A stretch of 38,734 nucleotides of DNA from the IMG/VR virus record IMGVR_UViG_3300025852_000007, positions 1-38,734 of that record. One strand, given 5' to 3'. Positions 1 through 7,683 of this stretch are shown piece after piece. The notes beneath the pieces were generated by a model, which worked only from the letters and a program-made list of their open reading frames with translations, was not told the origin of the DNA and did not search any database. Source of the stretch: a virus (taxonomy: Duplodnaviria > Caudoviricetes). Numbering within the stretch: the stretch's first letter is position 1; the number at the start of each line of letters is the position of its first letter. The position numbers and the translations under genes are program-made.

Positions 1-189
1 CTCAAATACTAGGTTAGATTTTACGTCATAACCAAGTCTATTAGTGCAAACTTGTTTTAAGAATCCACCTATTAACTGACCTTCTTCTTGGAAGTGCTTG
101 TTGCGAAGGTCGTTCATTGTTACGACATAATCCAACTCATCAACTGATAGGGCGTATTCGCTTGTTTTACTAGCTTTTATTTTTGCCAT
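1..189 (-). CDS. Hypothetical protein, 5' part (runs off the window start)
   Basis: GGAGG RBS, then ATG at 189; open to position 1 (MAKIKASKTSEYALSVDELDY...SNLVFE). Not in the ORF track. Confidence 0.75.
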   Translation of the reverse strand, partial: MAKIKASKTSEYALSVDELDYVVTMNDLRNKHFQEEGQLIGGFLKQVCTNRLGYDVKSNLVFE

Positions 190-397
190 TATTACCTCCA
201 TAATAGTTTTTAGATTCTTCGGGATATTGTTCCCTGAACTTTTCATTGGGTTTGCCATTTACCCACGGTTGTAATAAGTCCCGTTGGTGATTTAAGCGTT
301 GCATATCATGATCGTATTGTTTATCTGTTGAGGTACGTTTCTCGGTCTGTGGTTTCTCGCCATCTCTGTAATAAATACCGTCTATAATAACACCCAT
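170..397 (-). CDS. Hypothetical protein
   Basis: 75-aa ORF coupled to its neighbours in the groESL operon. Confidence 0.7.
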   Translation of the reverse strand: MGVIIDGIYYRDGEKPQTEKRTSTDKQYDHDMQRLNHQRDLLQPWVNGKPNEKFREQYPEESKNYYGGNNGKNKS

Positions 398-639
398 TAC
401 AAACTCTGATTCTTTTTAAGTAATTCTTGGTCGGCTTCCCACTCAATTAACTGTGGTGTTTTAGATTCACTTATACCAACATCACCCGAACTACTGTCCA
501 CTACTGGAGCATAACTCCCACGTGTAACAGTAGGCTCGGACGATACTTTTTTAGGGACTTTGACGTTGTGTATCTCTCTCAAATAATACACAACAGCCGA
601 ATTAATAACTATTAATAGAAATAGAAGTATCTCAGTCAT
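397..639 (-). CDS. Small membrane-anchored hypothetical protein
   Basis: N-terminal hydrophobic helix ILLFLLIVINSAVVYYL; overlaps the groEL stop. Confidence 0.7.
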   Translation of the reverse strand: MTEILLFLLIVINSAVVYYLREIHNVKVPKKVSSEPTVTRGSYAPVVDSSSGDVGISESKTPQLIEWEADQELLKKNQSL

Positions 640-2185
640 GTTTTTGTTCTCTCGATTTATAGGTGATAGCTACAGAGGCTGTAATAAGTTTAGATACTAC
701 ACTTGATGAGTTGCGAACGACTTCCTTTATAACCGAAGCTGGGTCAACAATCCCCGTCTTAATCAGGTCAACTGTCGTATAATCAAAGTTATCAGCCTTT
801 AGGTCATAGCCGAATCCATCTTTACCCTTTAGGACGTTCCATGTCGCTTGCTCGGCATTATAGCCTGCATTATTTACAAGTATCTTAAATGGGGCTTGAA
901 ACGCCTCCTTGAAGTTTTTTACGTTAACCTTTAATAAGGTAGCACCACCACCAGGAACTATTCCGTCGGCCATTGCCGCTTGAACAGCACAAATAGCGTC
1001 TTGGACTCTAAGTTTAACTTCGCCCTGTTCGATTTCGGTCGCACCGCCAACTCGGATAATTGCAACTTTGCCGGTAAGTTTAGACAGTCGGTCTTGTAAG
1101 GCCTCGCGTGTGCCTTGTGATTCGGACTCACGTAGTTGCTTACGTAACTCTACTATACGAGTTTGTGCGTCCTTGTGTGCGCCCTGCGAACCAAATATTG
1201 TGGTGGAGTTCTCATTAATAATTACTTTATCAGCCCCGCCTAACATTTCAGTTGTGAATGAACTGGCATTCGCTCCGCCTAGAAATACTTTACCACCCGT
1301 TATACAGGCAATATCCTCTAAAAATAGACTTCGCATAGCTCCGAATACAGGAACATCTACGACTGAGACATTGATAACGCCCTTTAGCTTATTAAGAATC
1401 AAAGTAGCTAGAGCCTCTTCTTGCACATCACCGATGATGACAAACTCGGCACCTGAACCGCCCGAACGGACTATCTTCTCAATTATAGGAGCAATATCGG
1501 CGGCAGTTTTGAGGGACTTCTCGGTGATTAGAATATCTACATCAGTGTGTTTAGACTCAATGTTAGAAGGGTCGTTGATAAGGTTTATATTAGTAAATCC
1601 TTTACGGAAGTAAAAGCCATCAACTACCTCTGAGTATATACCTGAACCAGCAAAGTCCTCAACTGTAACTCCGCCATCTAGTCCAACACCACCGATGGCA
1701 TCAGCTATCATCTGGCCGACGGCTTCATCTCCTGACGAGACGATAGCGACATTCTTGAGCATCTTATCGTCAACAGGTATTTTGATTTCATCTATCTGTT
1801 TAATTACTTCCTTGGCGGTCTGTTCAATCATCTTAGCGACCTGCATACGGTTGTAACCAGCCCCGATAAGTTTACGGGCTTCCTTGTATAGATAGCGAGC
1901 TAGTATCACAACAGCACTCGTGCCGTCACCAACTTTACGATTGTTCTTCTTGGAAGCCTGAATAATAATACGGGCGGCCATATTTTCAATAGCATCTTCT
2001 AAAATAACCTTCTCGACATTAGTAACACCATCTCGTGAAATCATTGGATCGCCGTAAGGGAGTTCTAATATGGCATTACCAGCTGTCGGTCCATAAGCTG
2101 CCTTAGCGACGGTAAAAACTGCCTCCACTCCTCGGTTGATTTTAGCGTCTAAGTCCTCATCGCTGGTTATTTGTCTAGCTAACAT
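632..2185 (-). CDS. groEL: Group I chaperonin, GroEL-like (divergent)
   Basis: YGP..GN, SRDGVT, VGDGTS (canonical GDGTTT), VAIIRVGGATEIE, VQDAICA, GIVPGGG, GIVDPASV; no C-terminal GGM tail. Confidence 0.95.
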   Translation of the reverse strand: MLARQITSDEDLDAKINRGVEAVFTVAKAAYGPTAGNAILELPYGDPMISRDGVTNVEKVILEDAIENMAARIIIQASKKNNRKVGDGTSAVVILARYLYKEARKLIGAGYNRMQVAKMIEQTAKEVIKQIDEIKIPVDDKMLKNVAIVSSGDEAVGQMIADAIGGVGLDGGVTVEDFAGSGIYSEVVDGFYFRKGFTNINLINDPSNIESKHTDVDILITEKSLKTAADIAPIIEKIVRSGGSGAEFVIIGDVQEEALATLILNKLKGVINVSVVDVPVFGAMRSLFLEDIACITGGKVFLGGANASSFTTEMLGGADKVIINENSTTIFGSQGAHKDAQTRIVELRKQLRESESQGTREALQDRLSKLTGKVAIIRVGGATEIEQGEVKLRVQDAICAVQAAMADGIVPGGGATLLKVNVKNFKEAFQAPFKILVNNAGYNAEQATWNVLKGKDGFGYDLKADNFDYTTVDLIKTGIVDPASVIKEVVRNSSSVVSKLITASVAITYKSREQKHD

Positions 2186-2414
2186 ACCCTCTTATATCCT
2201 CCAGTTTAATAAATGCAAATATTTTGTCGTCATCTTTTACTTGTGTGCCGTCTTTGTACTCTTCAAAGAATACCGTCTTACCCTTTAGGTCACCGTCTGA
2301 TATTACTATTCCACTTGTTTTTGTATCATACTTTTTATCTGGTACGTAAACACCAGCGAACTCTTCGGCGAGTTCGACCAGCACATATCCTGGCATTGGT
2401 TCTAGATTTATCAT
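2175..2414 (-). CDS. groES: Co-chaperonin, GroES-like (short)
   Basis: LEPMPGYVLVE...GVYVPD...VFFEEY.GTQVK...FIKLEDIRG matches the cpn10 pattern; directly upstream of groEL. Start placed at ATG 2414, 6 nt after an extended -10. Confidence 0.85.
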   Translation of the reverse strand: MINLEPMPGYVLVELAEEFAGVYVPDKKYDTKTSGIVISDGDLKGKTVFFEEYKDGTQVKDDDKIFAFIKLEDIRGYVS

Positions 2415-2420
2415 GGACAT

Positions 2421-2429
2421 ATTTTACCA
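2421..2429 (-). promoter_or_regulatory. Extended -10 promoter (TGgTAAAAT) for groESL, probably leaderless
   Basis: TGGTAAAAT 6 nt before ATG 2414; back-to-back with the + strand promoter. Confidence 0.55.
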
Positions 2430-2433
2430 CAAA

Positions 2434-2488
2434 GTGTATTATATTTACATAAGGCAACATTAATAGCCCTCCACTGCGGAGGCTTTTT
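2434..2488 (+). promoter_or_regulatory. Late leader module copy 1 (-10, AGGC, hairpin/U-tract)
   Basis: TATTAT-N9-AGGCAACATTAATAGCCCTCC-ACTGC-GGAGGCTTTTT; precedes the lysis cassette. Confidence 0.7.
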
Positions 2489-2502
2489 AGTAGGAGAATA
2501 AA

Positions 2503-2667
2503 ATGAAACAGCGAGACGAAGAAGAGGACGAAAAAACTGGTAAAAAAGGTGAGATGAATGAGAAAAAAGGTTTTGATAAGAAATCTTTACTTAGCTGGAT
2601 AGGAAAGAGAAAAGGTTCAAAGGAAGAGAAAAAAGAGAATCCCTTCTGGAAAAAGGTTAAAAAGTAG
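2503..2667 (+). CDS. Small highly charged (K/E-rich) protein
   Basis: AGGAG RBS; 54 aa MKQRDEEEDEK...PFWKKVKK; below the ORF-track cut-off. Confidence 0.65.
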   Translation: MKQRDEEEDEKTGKKGEMNEKKGFDKKSLLSWIGKRKGSKEEKKENPFWKKVKK

Positions 2668-2669
2668 TA

Positions 2670-3152
2670 ATGACAGAAACAACAACACCATGGAGTATCG
2701 AAAGTTATTCACTGCATAATGAAGCTATGCGTAAGGTAGAGGATAGGTTTCAGAACGAACGTGATAGACGTTATACTGAGGTTAATATTGAAAAAGAAAA
2801 GGCACTTAAAATTAAAGAGACAGCCGATTTAGCTGCACTTAGTTTAGCTAGAGAAAGTCAGACATATAAAGAACAACAGAATGATGCCCTACGTGATAAG
2901 AACCTTAGCGAAAGTGGTGTGTACGCCACCAATGTCAGCGTCTCTCAAGCTATTAGTGGTGTAAATGTCAATATTAATAACTTAGAGGCAAAACTTGATG
3001 CCTCATTACAACCTCTTATTAACTTTGTCGCAGGACAAAAAGGTGCTACTAACAGTTCACAAATAACTAAAACTACAGTATTCGCTATTATAGGTGCGGT
3101 TGCGGCTATTGTTGCCACTATCTTTTATATATTAGGTGGTTTTACTAGATAA
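2670..3152 (+). CDS. Coiled-coil protein with C-terminal TM helix (lysis-cassette membrane protein)
   Basis: C-terminal VFAIIGAVAAIVATIFYILGG; upstream of the endolysin. Confidence 0.7.
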   Translation: MTETTTPWSIESYSLHNEAMRKVEDRFQNERDRRYTEVNIEKEKALKIKETADLAALSLARESQTYKEQQNDALRDKNLSESGVYATNVSVSQAISGVNVNINNLEAKLDASLQPLINFVAGQKGATNSSQITKTTVFAIIGAVAAIVATIFYILGGFTR

Positions 3153-3163
3153 AGGAGTAAATA

Positions 3164-3958
3164 ATGGCTTGGAAAAGATTAAGAGATGCAAATATGGCTA
3201 CTGGTTATCAAGGTGGCTGGTGCTTAAAGTTCGTACAAGATGCCTTTGGTACAGACCATCCTTATCCTTCAGCTACCTCGGCTTGGAACGCTAATTATGG
3301 CAATGGTAATCATCCAGGTGAACTTCCACCAGCAGGTCAGACTGTACCCGTTTATCTATCTCTTGGTAACGTACCAGAAGGACACGTTGCTATTTCATTA
3401 GATGACGCTGGTATTGCCTCCTCATCGCTCCCAGGATTTCACAATGCACCTTACTTTTATAAGAACTTAAATGCCTTAATTGCTGACTATGCTGCCTACA
3501 ATGGTGGTGCGACCTATCTAGGCTGGAGTGAGTTTGTTGGTACTGTACACGTTGTCGAGTGGGATAATCCTAACGCTACCGCCGACCAAGTGCGACAAGA
3601 CTACTTAGACATCCTAGAACGTGGCGCTGATGCCGACGGTTTACAGCACTATATGAACTATACTAACGATTTTGTTCGTGCTGACCTGCTTAAATCCGAC
3701 GAATATAAAAACTTGCAAGCCAGTAAGATTGTTAAGCCAGTTCCACCAGTCATAACACCACCAATAGTAGTTGAGCCCGTCGTAGAGCCACCTGTAATCG
3801 TTCCTGAACCAATACCTGAACCAGAACCACCTATCGTAGTTCCGCCTGTTGTGAAGCCCCCAGTACAGCCACCAGTTAAATTACAATCAAACTGGTTTAA
3901 CCAATTCATTAGCAGTATAATAGATTTTATTAAGGGCATTTTTGCCAGAAAGAAATGA
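3164..3958 (+). CDS. Endolysin: CHAP/NlpC-like Cys-His peptidase, wall-binding-like segment and Pro-rich tail
   Basis: GWCLKFVQDAFG (Cys), EGHVAISL (His), YLGWSE; LERGADADGLQHY segment; PEPEPP linker and amphipathic C-terminus; adjacent holin. Confidence 0.75.
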   Translation: MAWKRLRDANMATGYQGGWCLKFVQDAFGTDHPYPSATSAWNANYGNGNHPGELPPAGQTVPVYLSLGNVPEGHVAISLDDAGIASSSLPGFHNAPYFYKNLNALIADYAAYNGGATYLGWSEFVGTVHVVEWDNPNATADQVRQDYLDILERGADADGLQHYMNYTNDFVRADLLKSDEYKNLQASKIVKPVPPVITPPIVVEPVVEPPVIVPEPIPEPEPPIVVPPVVKPPVQPPVKLQSNWFNQFISSIIDFIKGIFARKK

Positions 3959-3959
3959 T

Positions 3960-4154
3960 ATGATCCAGAAATTAGTATTAGCAGTAGTAGTAGCAGTAGT
4001 AGTAACACTAGCATGCTTCTTAGTCGGTTCAATCTTAGTAACTTTAAAAGTTGACATAGCCGTTGTCATAGGCGCGTGGCTCCAGGCATGGGGTAGCGTC
4101 CTTGGTATACTTGCCGGACTTTGGTTCTATTTTAACGGTTCATTAAGAGGCTAA
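3960..4154 (+). CDS. Two-TM membrane protein (holin/antiholin-like)
   Basis: Two hydrophobic helices; start at ATG 3960, right after the lysin stop. Confidence 0.65.
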   Translation: MIQKLVLAVVVAVVVTLACFLVGSILVTLKVDIAVVIGAWLQAWGSVLGILAGLWFYFNGSLRG

Positions 4155-4156
4155 TT

Positions 4157-4387
4157 ATGTGGGATAAAACATTTTGGACAGACGCGGCGGAAAGGTCAAT
4201 CAAGACCTTCGCACAAACAGCAGTAGCATTAATAGCCGTCGTGGCCCCAGTCGCAGGGATGGATTTATTAGAAGTTAATTGGATACCGGTATTAGCAGTT
4301 GCATTTATAGCAGCTGTTATATCGGTCCTAACAAGTATCGCATCATCATTCGTAGGTAAAAAAGACTCAGCATCGTTGGTACAGTGA
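4157..4387 (+). CDS. Holin, phage r1t-like family
   Basis: FWTDAAERSIKTFAQTAVA...SVLTSIAS...SASLV signature; two TM helices. Confidence 0.85.
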   Translation: MWDKTFWTDAAERSIKTFAQTAVALIAVVAPVAGMDLLEVNWIPVLAVAFIAAVISVLTSIASSFVGKKDSASLVQ

Positions 4388-4602
4388 TGGAACAAGACCC
4401 ATTAACTGAACAAGCTGGTAAATTATTGCTAGAAGAAATAGCCATTTTACCTGAAAAAGACTTTAGACGTGTTAATATGACAGGTGTTATGGGCATTATC
4501 GCCGCAGAAATGGTAGTGCGAGAGGCTAGGGCATCGGCTGAGGTTATCAAAGCGCATGAGTATGAAGATTATCTGAATAGTAATACAGATCCAAGAGACT
4601 GA
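4387..4602 (+). CDS. Hypothetical protein
   Basis: ORF coupled to the holin stop (TGATG). Confidence 0.6.
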   Translation: MEQDPLTEQAGKLLLEEIAILPEKDFRRVNMTGVMGIIAAEMVVREARASAEVIKAHEYEDYLNSNTDPRD

Positions 4603-4991
4603 TGGAACTTGAGACTGCCTACCCGACAAGAAACGGGCTGGCAATCTCTCCATTTGAACTTGAACTACCCGAAATAGAAACAGAAAAACTAACTAACCAC
4701 CATGGAAGTTATTTTAGGCGTATGTTTGGCAAAACCGCTCTTCATCAGTGTTTTCGAGATTTAGATATAGTTCAATTCCAATTACCAGATAATCAACACC
4801 AATGGATACATGATAATTATGGTGCAGTTCGTATGCCAACACCAACTCAGATGTGGTACGCAATCCATACAGCTAGAGAGCGAGACGGCGATAAGGCTAT
4901 TAGACAAGGTTCAGCTATGAGACCTGTATATAGTGGAATCTCTAAAGATAAGATAGACAAAATCGATAGGATATACCACAAAATAAAATGA
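4602..4991 (+). CDS. Hypothetical protein (His-rich, possibly degenerate HNH-like)
   Basis: 129 aa, TNHH...QHQWIH; coupled start. Confidence 0.6.
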   Translation: MELETAYPTRNGLAISPFELELPEIETEKLTNHHGSYFRRMFGKTALHQCFRDLDIVQFQLPDNQHQWIHDNYGAVRMPTPTQMWYAIHTARERDGDKAIRQGSAMRPVYSGISKDKIDKIDRIYHKIK

Positions 4992-5184
4992 GTGAATATA
5001 TTAATTACCCAGAGATGCCAGTTTATCGGCTGATAGCTAGGTATAATGAATTGAACGATAGCTTAGAGTTACCACACCCAGAAGAGCGTAGACTGTTGAT
5101 TATAAAAAACTCGCCCAAGTAGGATTTGAGTGTATGTGCAGGGTACATGATGGCGAAATAGACTTAGTGACTGAATCAGAATAA
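4988..5184 (+). CDS. Small ORF split at A_AAA_AAC (-1 frameshift or indel)
   Basis: ATG 4988; 0-frame stop at 5122; -1 frame continues LAQVGFECMCRVHDGEIDLVTESE to TAA 5184. Confidence 0.45.
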
Positions 5185-5243
5185 TGGTATAATATAATAA
5201 ATAGCACTAACGGACTTAATTGTCGAAGGTGCTATTTTATTTT
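5185..5243 (+). ncRNA. Candidate small hairpin RNA or bidirectional terminator
   Basis: TGgTATAAT (5185-5193), then AAATAGCAC (5199-5207) pairing with GTGCTATTT (5229-5237), then a T-rich tail. Confidence 0.45.
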
Positions 5244-5469
5244 AAGTATGAGTCCTTAGATGGCTATCGACTGTAACCCGTAATGGAACTGAATTAGGTC
5301 TACCGTATCGAGCCTGTATCCGTTTAAGGGATTCGGCTGATTGGAAGTTTATTTCTTCTATTTTATTTCTTTGAGGTTTTATGCCTGGATTATAAGTCGG
5401 GCTTAACTTGCGTCCTACAGCCTTGAAACTACGGTTTATTCTTTGTTCTATTTGTTCTTCTTCTGTCAT
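5242..5469 (-). CDS. Small basic hypothetical protein (probably leaderless)
   Basis: TATAAT 6 nt before ATG 5469 (MTEEEQIEQRINRSF...). Confidence 0.6.
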   Translation of the reverse strand: MTEEEQIEQRINRSFKAVGRKLSPTYNPGIKPQRNKIEEINFQSAESLKRIQARYGRPNSVPLRVTVDSHLRTHT

Positions 5470-5717
5470 AATTTTATTATAAACCATTATTCCGCCTTTC
5501 CCTTGCTATTAAGAGATTAGAGATTAATGAACCTTTTACAACTGACAACTGAGACATTTCACTTCCCTAACTACTTTGTGTTGTCTACCTACTTGTTTGT
5601 AAGCACCGCATAGGCTAGGTTGACGTTTAGGCGTATTAATCAGAGCCTAGACTTAGCGCTACTTGCAAGTTAATCCACCAGTTTTATTCAGACTGGAAAC
5701 TTTAGATGTAAAAGTAT

Positions 5718-5746
5718 TTGCATAAGTTAACCAAGTCTGATATAAT
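5718..5746 (+). promoter_or_regulatory. Sigma70-type promoter for a short RNA
   Basis: TTGCAT-17-TATAAT with TG extension. Confidence 0.75.
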
Positions 5747-5752
5747 GTCATC

Positions 5753-5804
5753 AGTCGAGAACGATAATTCAAAGAGATTTGCATAAGCGAGTCTCTTTTC
5801 TTTT
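5753..5804 (+). ncRNA. Candidate ~50-nt antisense sRNA ending in an intrinsic terminator
   Basis: AGTCGAGAACGATAATTC, then AAAGAGATTTGC-ATAA-GCGAGTCTCTTTT-CTTTT; no ORF. Confidence 0.6.
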
Positions 5805-5843
5805 ATCCCTATACTACTGATTAGGGTTTTCGAGAACGATAAT
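5755..5843. repeat. 14-bp direct repeat TCGAGAACGATAAT (5755-5768 and 5830-5843)
   Basis: Exact match, read directly. Confidence 0.9.
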
Positions 5844-5855
5844 CAGGTAGTCATC

Positions 5856-5884
5856 ATTATAATACTTACACTTGTTTTATTCAA
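5856..5884 (-). promoter_or_regulatory. Sigma70-type promoter convergent with P5718
   Basis: Minus strand TTGAAT-17-TATAAT. Confidence 0.65.
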
Positions 5885-5885
5885 C

Positions 5886-6050
5886 CACAAAACTAAAACT
5901 CCCCTAGTAGTGCAACTGAGGAGTTTAGTTGTTTGTTTCCTATCTAATTGGGAGGGATAGGGTTTTCCTGGGTTAACAGGTATATAAGGTGCATTACTCT
6001 CGTGTCCACCGCCAGGCGAGCGTAGCGTAATGCTTATAATATACACGAGC
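5886..6050. ncRNA. Candidate multi-hairpin structured RNA or DNA element
   Basis: Stems AACTAAAACTCC/GGAGTTTAGTT, CCTATC/GATAGG, CCTG/CAGG, GCATTAC/GTAATGC, CTCGTGT/ACACGAG. Confidence 0.45.
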
Positions 6051-6056
6051 GGGATT

Positions 6057-6149
6057 AAAAATACAATAAAATAGCCTAGCGCCACAATTTGGAGATTGAT
6101 CTGTTGAGCGGGTGAACCCGATCTAAAGAAAAACGCTAGACTATTTCTG
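6057..6149 (-). ncRNA. Candidate ~90-nt trans-acting antisense sRNA
   Basis: 13-bp closing stem (6069-6081/6134-6146) with a G-U pair only on the minus strand, U-rich 3' tail, own promoter; loop carries GAUCAAUCUCC. Confidence 0.55.
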
Positions 6150-6155
6150 GTTATT

Positions 6156-6184
6156 ATTATAGCAAAAAAAGTCTATAAAGTCTA
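6156..6184 (-). promoter_or_regulatory. Promoter for the minus-strand sRNA
   Basis: Minus strand TAGACT-17-TATAAT with TG extension; back-to-back with P6185. Confidence 0.6.
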
Positions 6185-6213
6185 TTGACATTACGGCTGT
6201 GCTTTGCTATTAT
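6185..6213 (+). promoter_or_regulatory. Early promoter 1 with an inverted operator-like box
   Basis: TTGACA-17-TATTAT; 6189-6201 is the reverse complement of CACAGCCGTAATG. Confidence 0.85.
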
Positions 6214-6243
6214 TAGTAGGTAAGAAACAATAAGGAGATTGAA

Positions 6244-6423
6244 ATGTCACGATTGGTAAAATCTAGAAAAGCATTGCAACGCCAGACTTTAACTATGGGA
6301 AAATTAGTCAACGGTGTTACTACGCAATTGCAGAAATCAGCTAAAGGCAACGCTCAAGAGAAGTTGCGCCAGGCATTTGTTAAACGACAATCAACTGTAA
6401 ATCTTGGAGGGATATACAAATGA
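6244..6423 (+). CDS. Small basic hypothetical protein
   Basis: AAGGAG RBS; 59 aa MSRLVKSRKALQ...; overlaps the next ATG. Confidence 0.7.
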   Translation: MSRLVKSRKALQRQTLTMGKLVNGVTTQLQKSAKGNAQEKLRQAFVKRQSTVNLGGIYK

Positions 6424-7016
6424 GCAACGAGTTATCAAGAATTATCAATAGCAAAGAACTTGCGACATTTGTAAAAATGGACGAGTTTACCTCATTTGTG
6501 AACCAAGACCCACCAGCACAATACGTCAAAGACCACCCACTAGCAAAGGGCGTACGTTATATTCCTATAGATAAGATTGAATTGATGCTCGATAAGATAT
6601 TCCAGCAATGGTACGTCGAAGTTTTAGACAGCGGTCAGTTATTAAATGCTGTAACTGTAACGATTAGATTATTTTATCGACACCCCGTCAGTAAAGAATG
6701 GTTACACCAAGATGGTTTAGGCGCAGTCGCTATCCAAGTAGAAAAAGGTGAAAACGCCAGCAATCTAGCGTCAGTTAAAAGTAACGCGATAATGTTAGGT
6801 TTACCGAGTGCTAAATCATACGCCATTAAAGACGCTACCGATCATATAGGTAAAGTATTCGGACGAGACTTAAACCGCAAAGATACTATGGCATTCACAG
6901 CAAGTTATGGTACGCAGGATGTAAAAGAAAAGATTGAGACTCAAAAAGCAATCTTACGAGATAGATTAGCAAAGGCACGTAAAGCAAAGGAAATGAAAAA
7001 GCATGAAAATAATTAA
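6420..7016 (+). CDS. Single-strand annealing protein, Rad52/Sak-like
   Basis: YIPI...LDKIFQQW...QDGLG...SAKSYAIKDATDHIGKVFGRDLN; adjacent to an exonuclease. Confidence 0.7.
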   Translation: MSNELSRIINSKELATFVKMDEFTSFVNQDPPAQYVKDHPLAKGVRYIPIDKIELMLDKIFQQWYVEVLDSGQLLNAVTVTIRLFYRHPVSKEWLHQDGLGAVAIQVEKGENASNLASVKSNAIMLGLPSAKSYAIKDATDHIGKVFGRDLNRKDTMAFTASYGTQDVKEKIETQKAILRDRLAKARKAKEMKKHENN

Positions 7017-7683
7017 AGTATCACAATCAGACGATAGGGCCAACTGGTTAGAACTTCGTCGTGGCGTTGTAACCGCTACTAAAGCCAAAAACGTCCAACC
7101 GCCGAAACGAGGTACTGGCATACCACAAGGTATATACGAACTATTAGCTGAAAAAGTAGCCATAGCCAAAGATGGCGAACCTGAGAAAGACCGAGGGTTA
7201 AGACTTGAAAATGAGGGGCTAGAATTAACGGCCAAGAAATACAAGATTAAATTAAACCTAGACCCTGGAATGTGGTTATCAGATGACGGTAAACTTGGCG
7301 TATCACCCGATGCCTCCGAGGATAGTAAAAATCCAAAGTTCGCCGCCGAAAATAAAAGCCTAGATAGCAAAAATCACTTACAGGCGATTATAAACGACTG
7401 GACGGCTAAGAAACTACCAAACTATAACCCATTAGACAGTCTGAAAATCGCAACAGCCGATTATGCCGCACAAGCAATACAATACTTCGTTATTAACCCT
7501 GACTTACAAATACTATACTTCGGACTGTACGATGATAGAATTGCCCTAGAAAACGTCATGCACTACGTCATAGAGATTGAACGCAAAGACGTTGCAGAGT
7601 ATGTAGACGGCCAAGAACTGTACGAACGAGACGCATTAGCAAAAGTAGATAATATGATTAAAATCTTGAAGGAGATAAAGTAA
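7003..7683 (+). CDS. YqaJ/lambda-exonuclease-like nuclease
   Basis: WLELRRGVVTAT, RGLRLE, GVSPDA, AENKS, Y.AQAIQY. Confidence 0.85.
   Translation: MKIIKVSQSDDRANWLELRRGVVTATKAKNVQPPKRGTGIPQGIYELLAEKVAIAKDGEPEKDRGLRLENEGLELTAKKYKIKLNLDPGMWLSDDGKLGVSPDASEDSKNPKFAAENKSLDSKNHLQAIINDWTAKKLPNYNPLDSLKIATADYAAQAIQYFVINPDLQILYFGLYDDRIALENVMHYVIEIERKDVAEYVDGQELYERDALAKVDNMIKILKEIK

Noticed and set aside
1068-1613. 181-aa + strand ORF, and similar antisense ORFs (e.g. 7658-8317, 23022-23537, 37184-37552)
   Set aside because: Shadows of well-supported genes on the opposite strand, with no RBS or motifs
3974-4012. GTA/GCA trinucleotide run
   Set aside because: Encodes Val/Ala of a TM helix; no sign of a phase-variable tract
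5399-5411. GGGCTTAACTTGC, complementary to the late leader motif
   Set aside because: Lies within a coding region (RKLSP on the minus strand); a short match that is plausibly chance
5843-6085. 80-aa minus-strand ORF in the control region
   Set aside because: GTG start without an SD; it crosses terminator-like hairpins and a promoter and is better explained as non-coding structure
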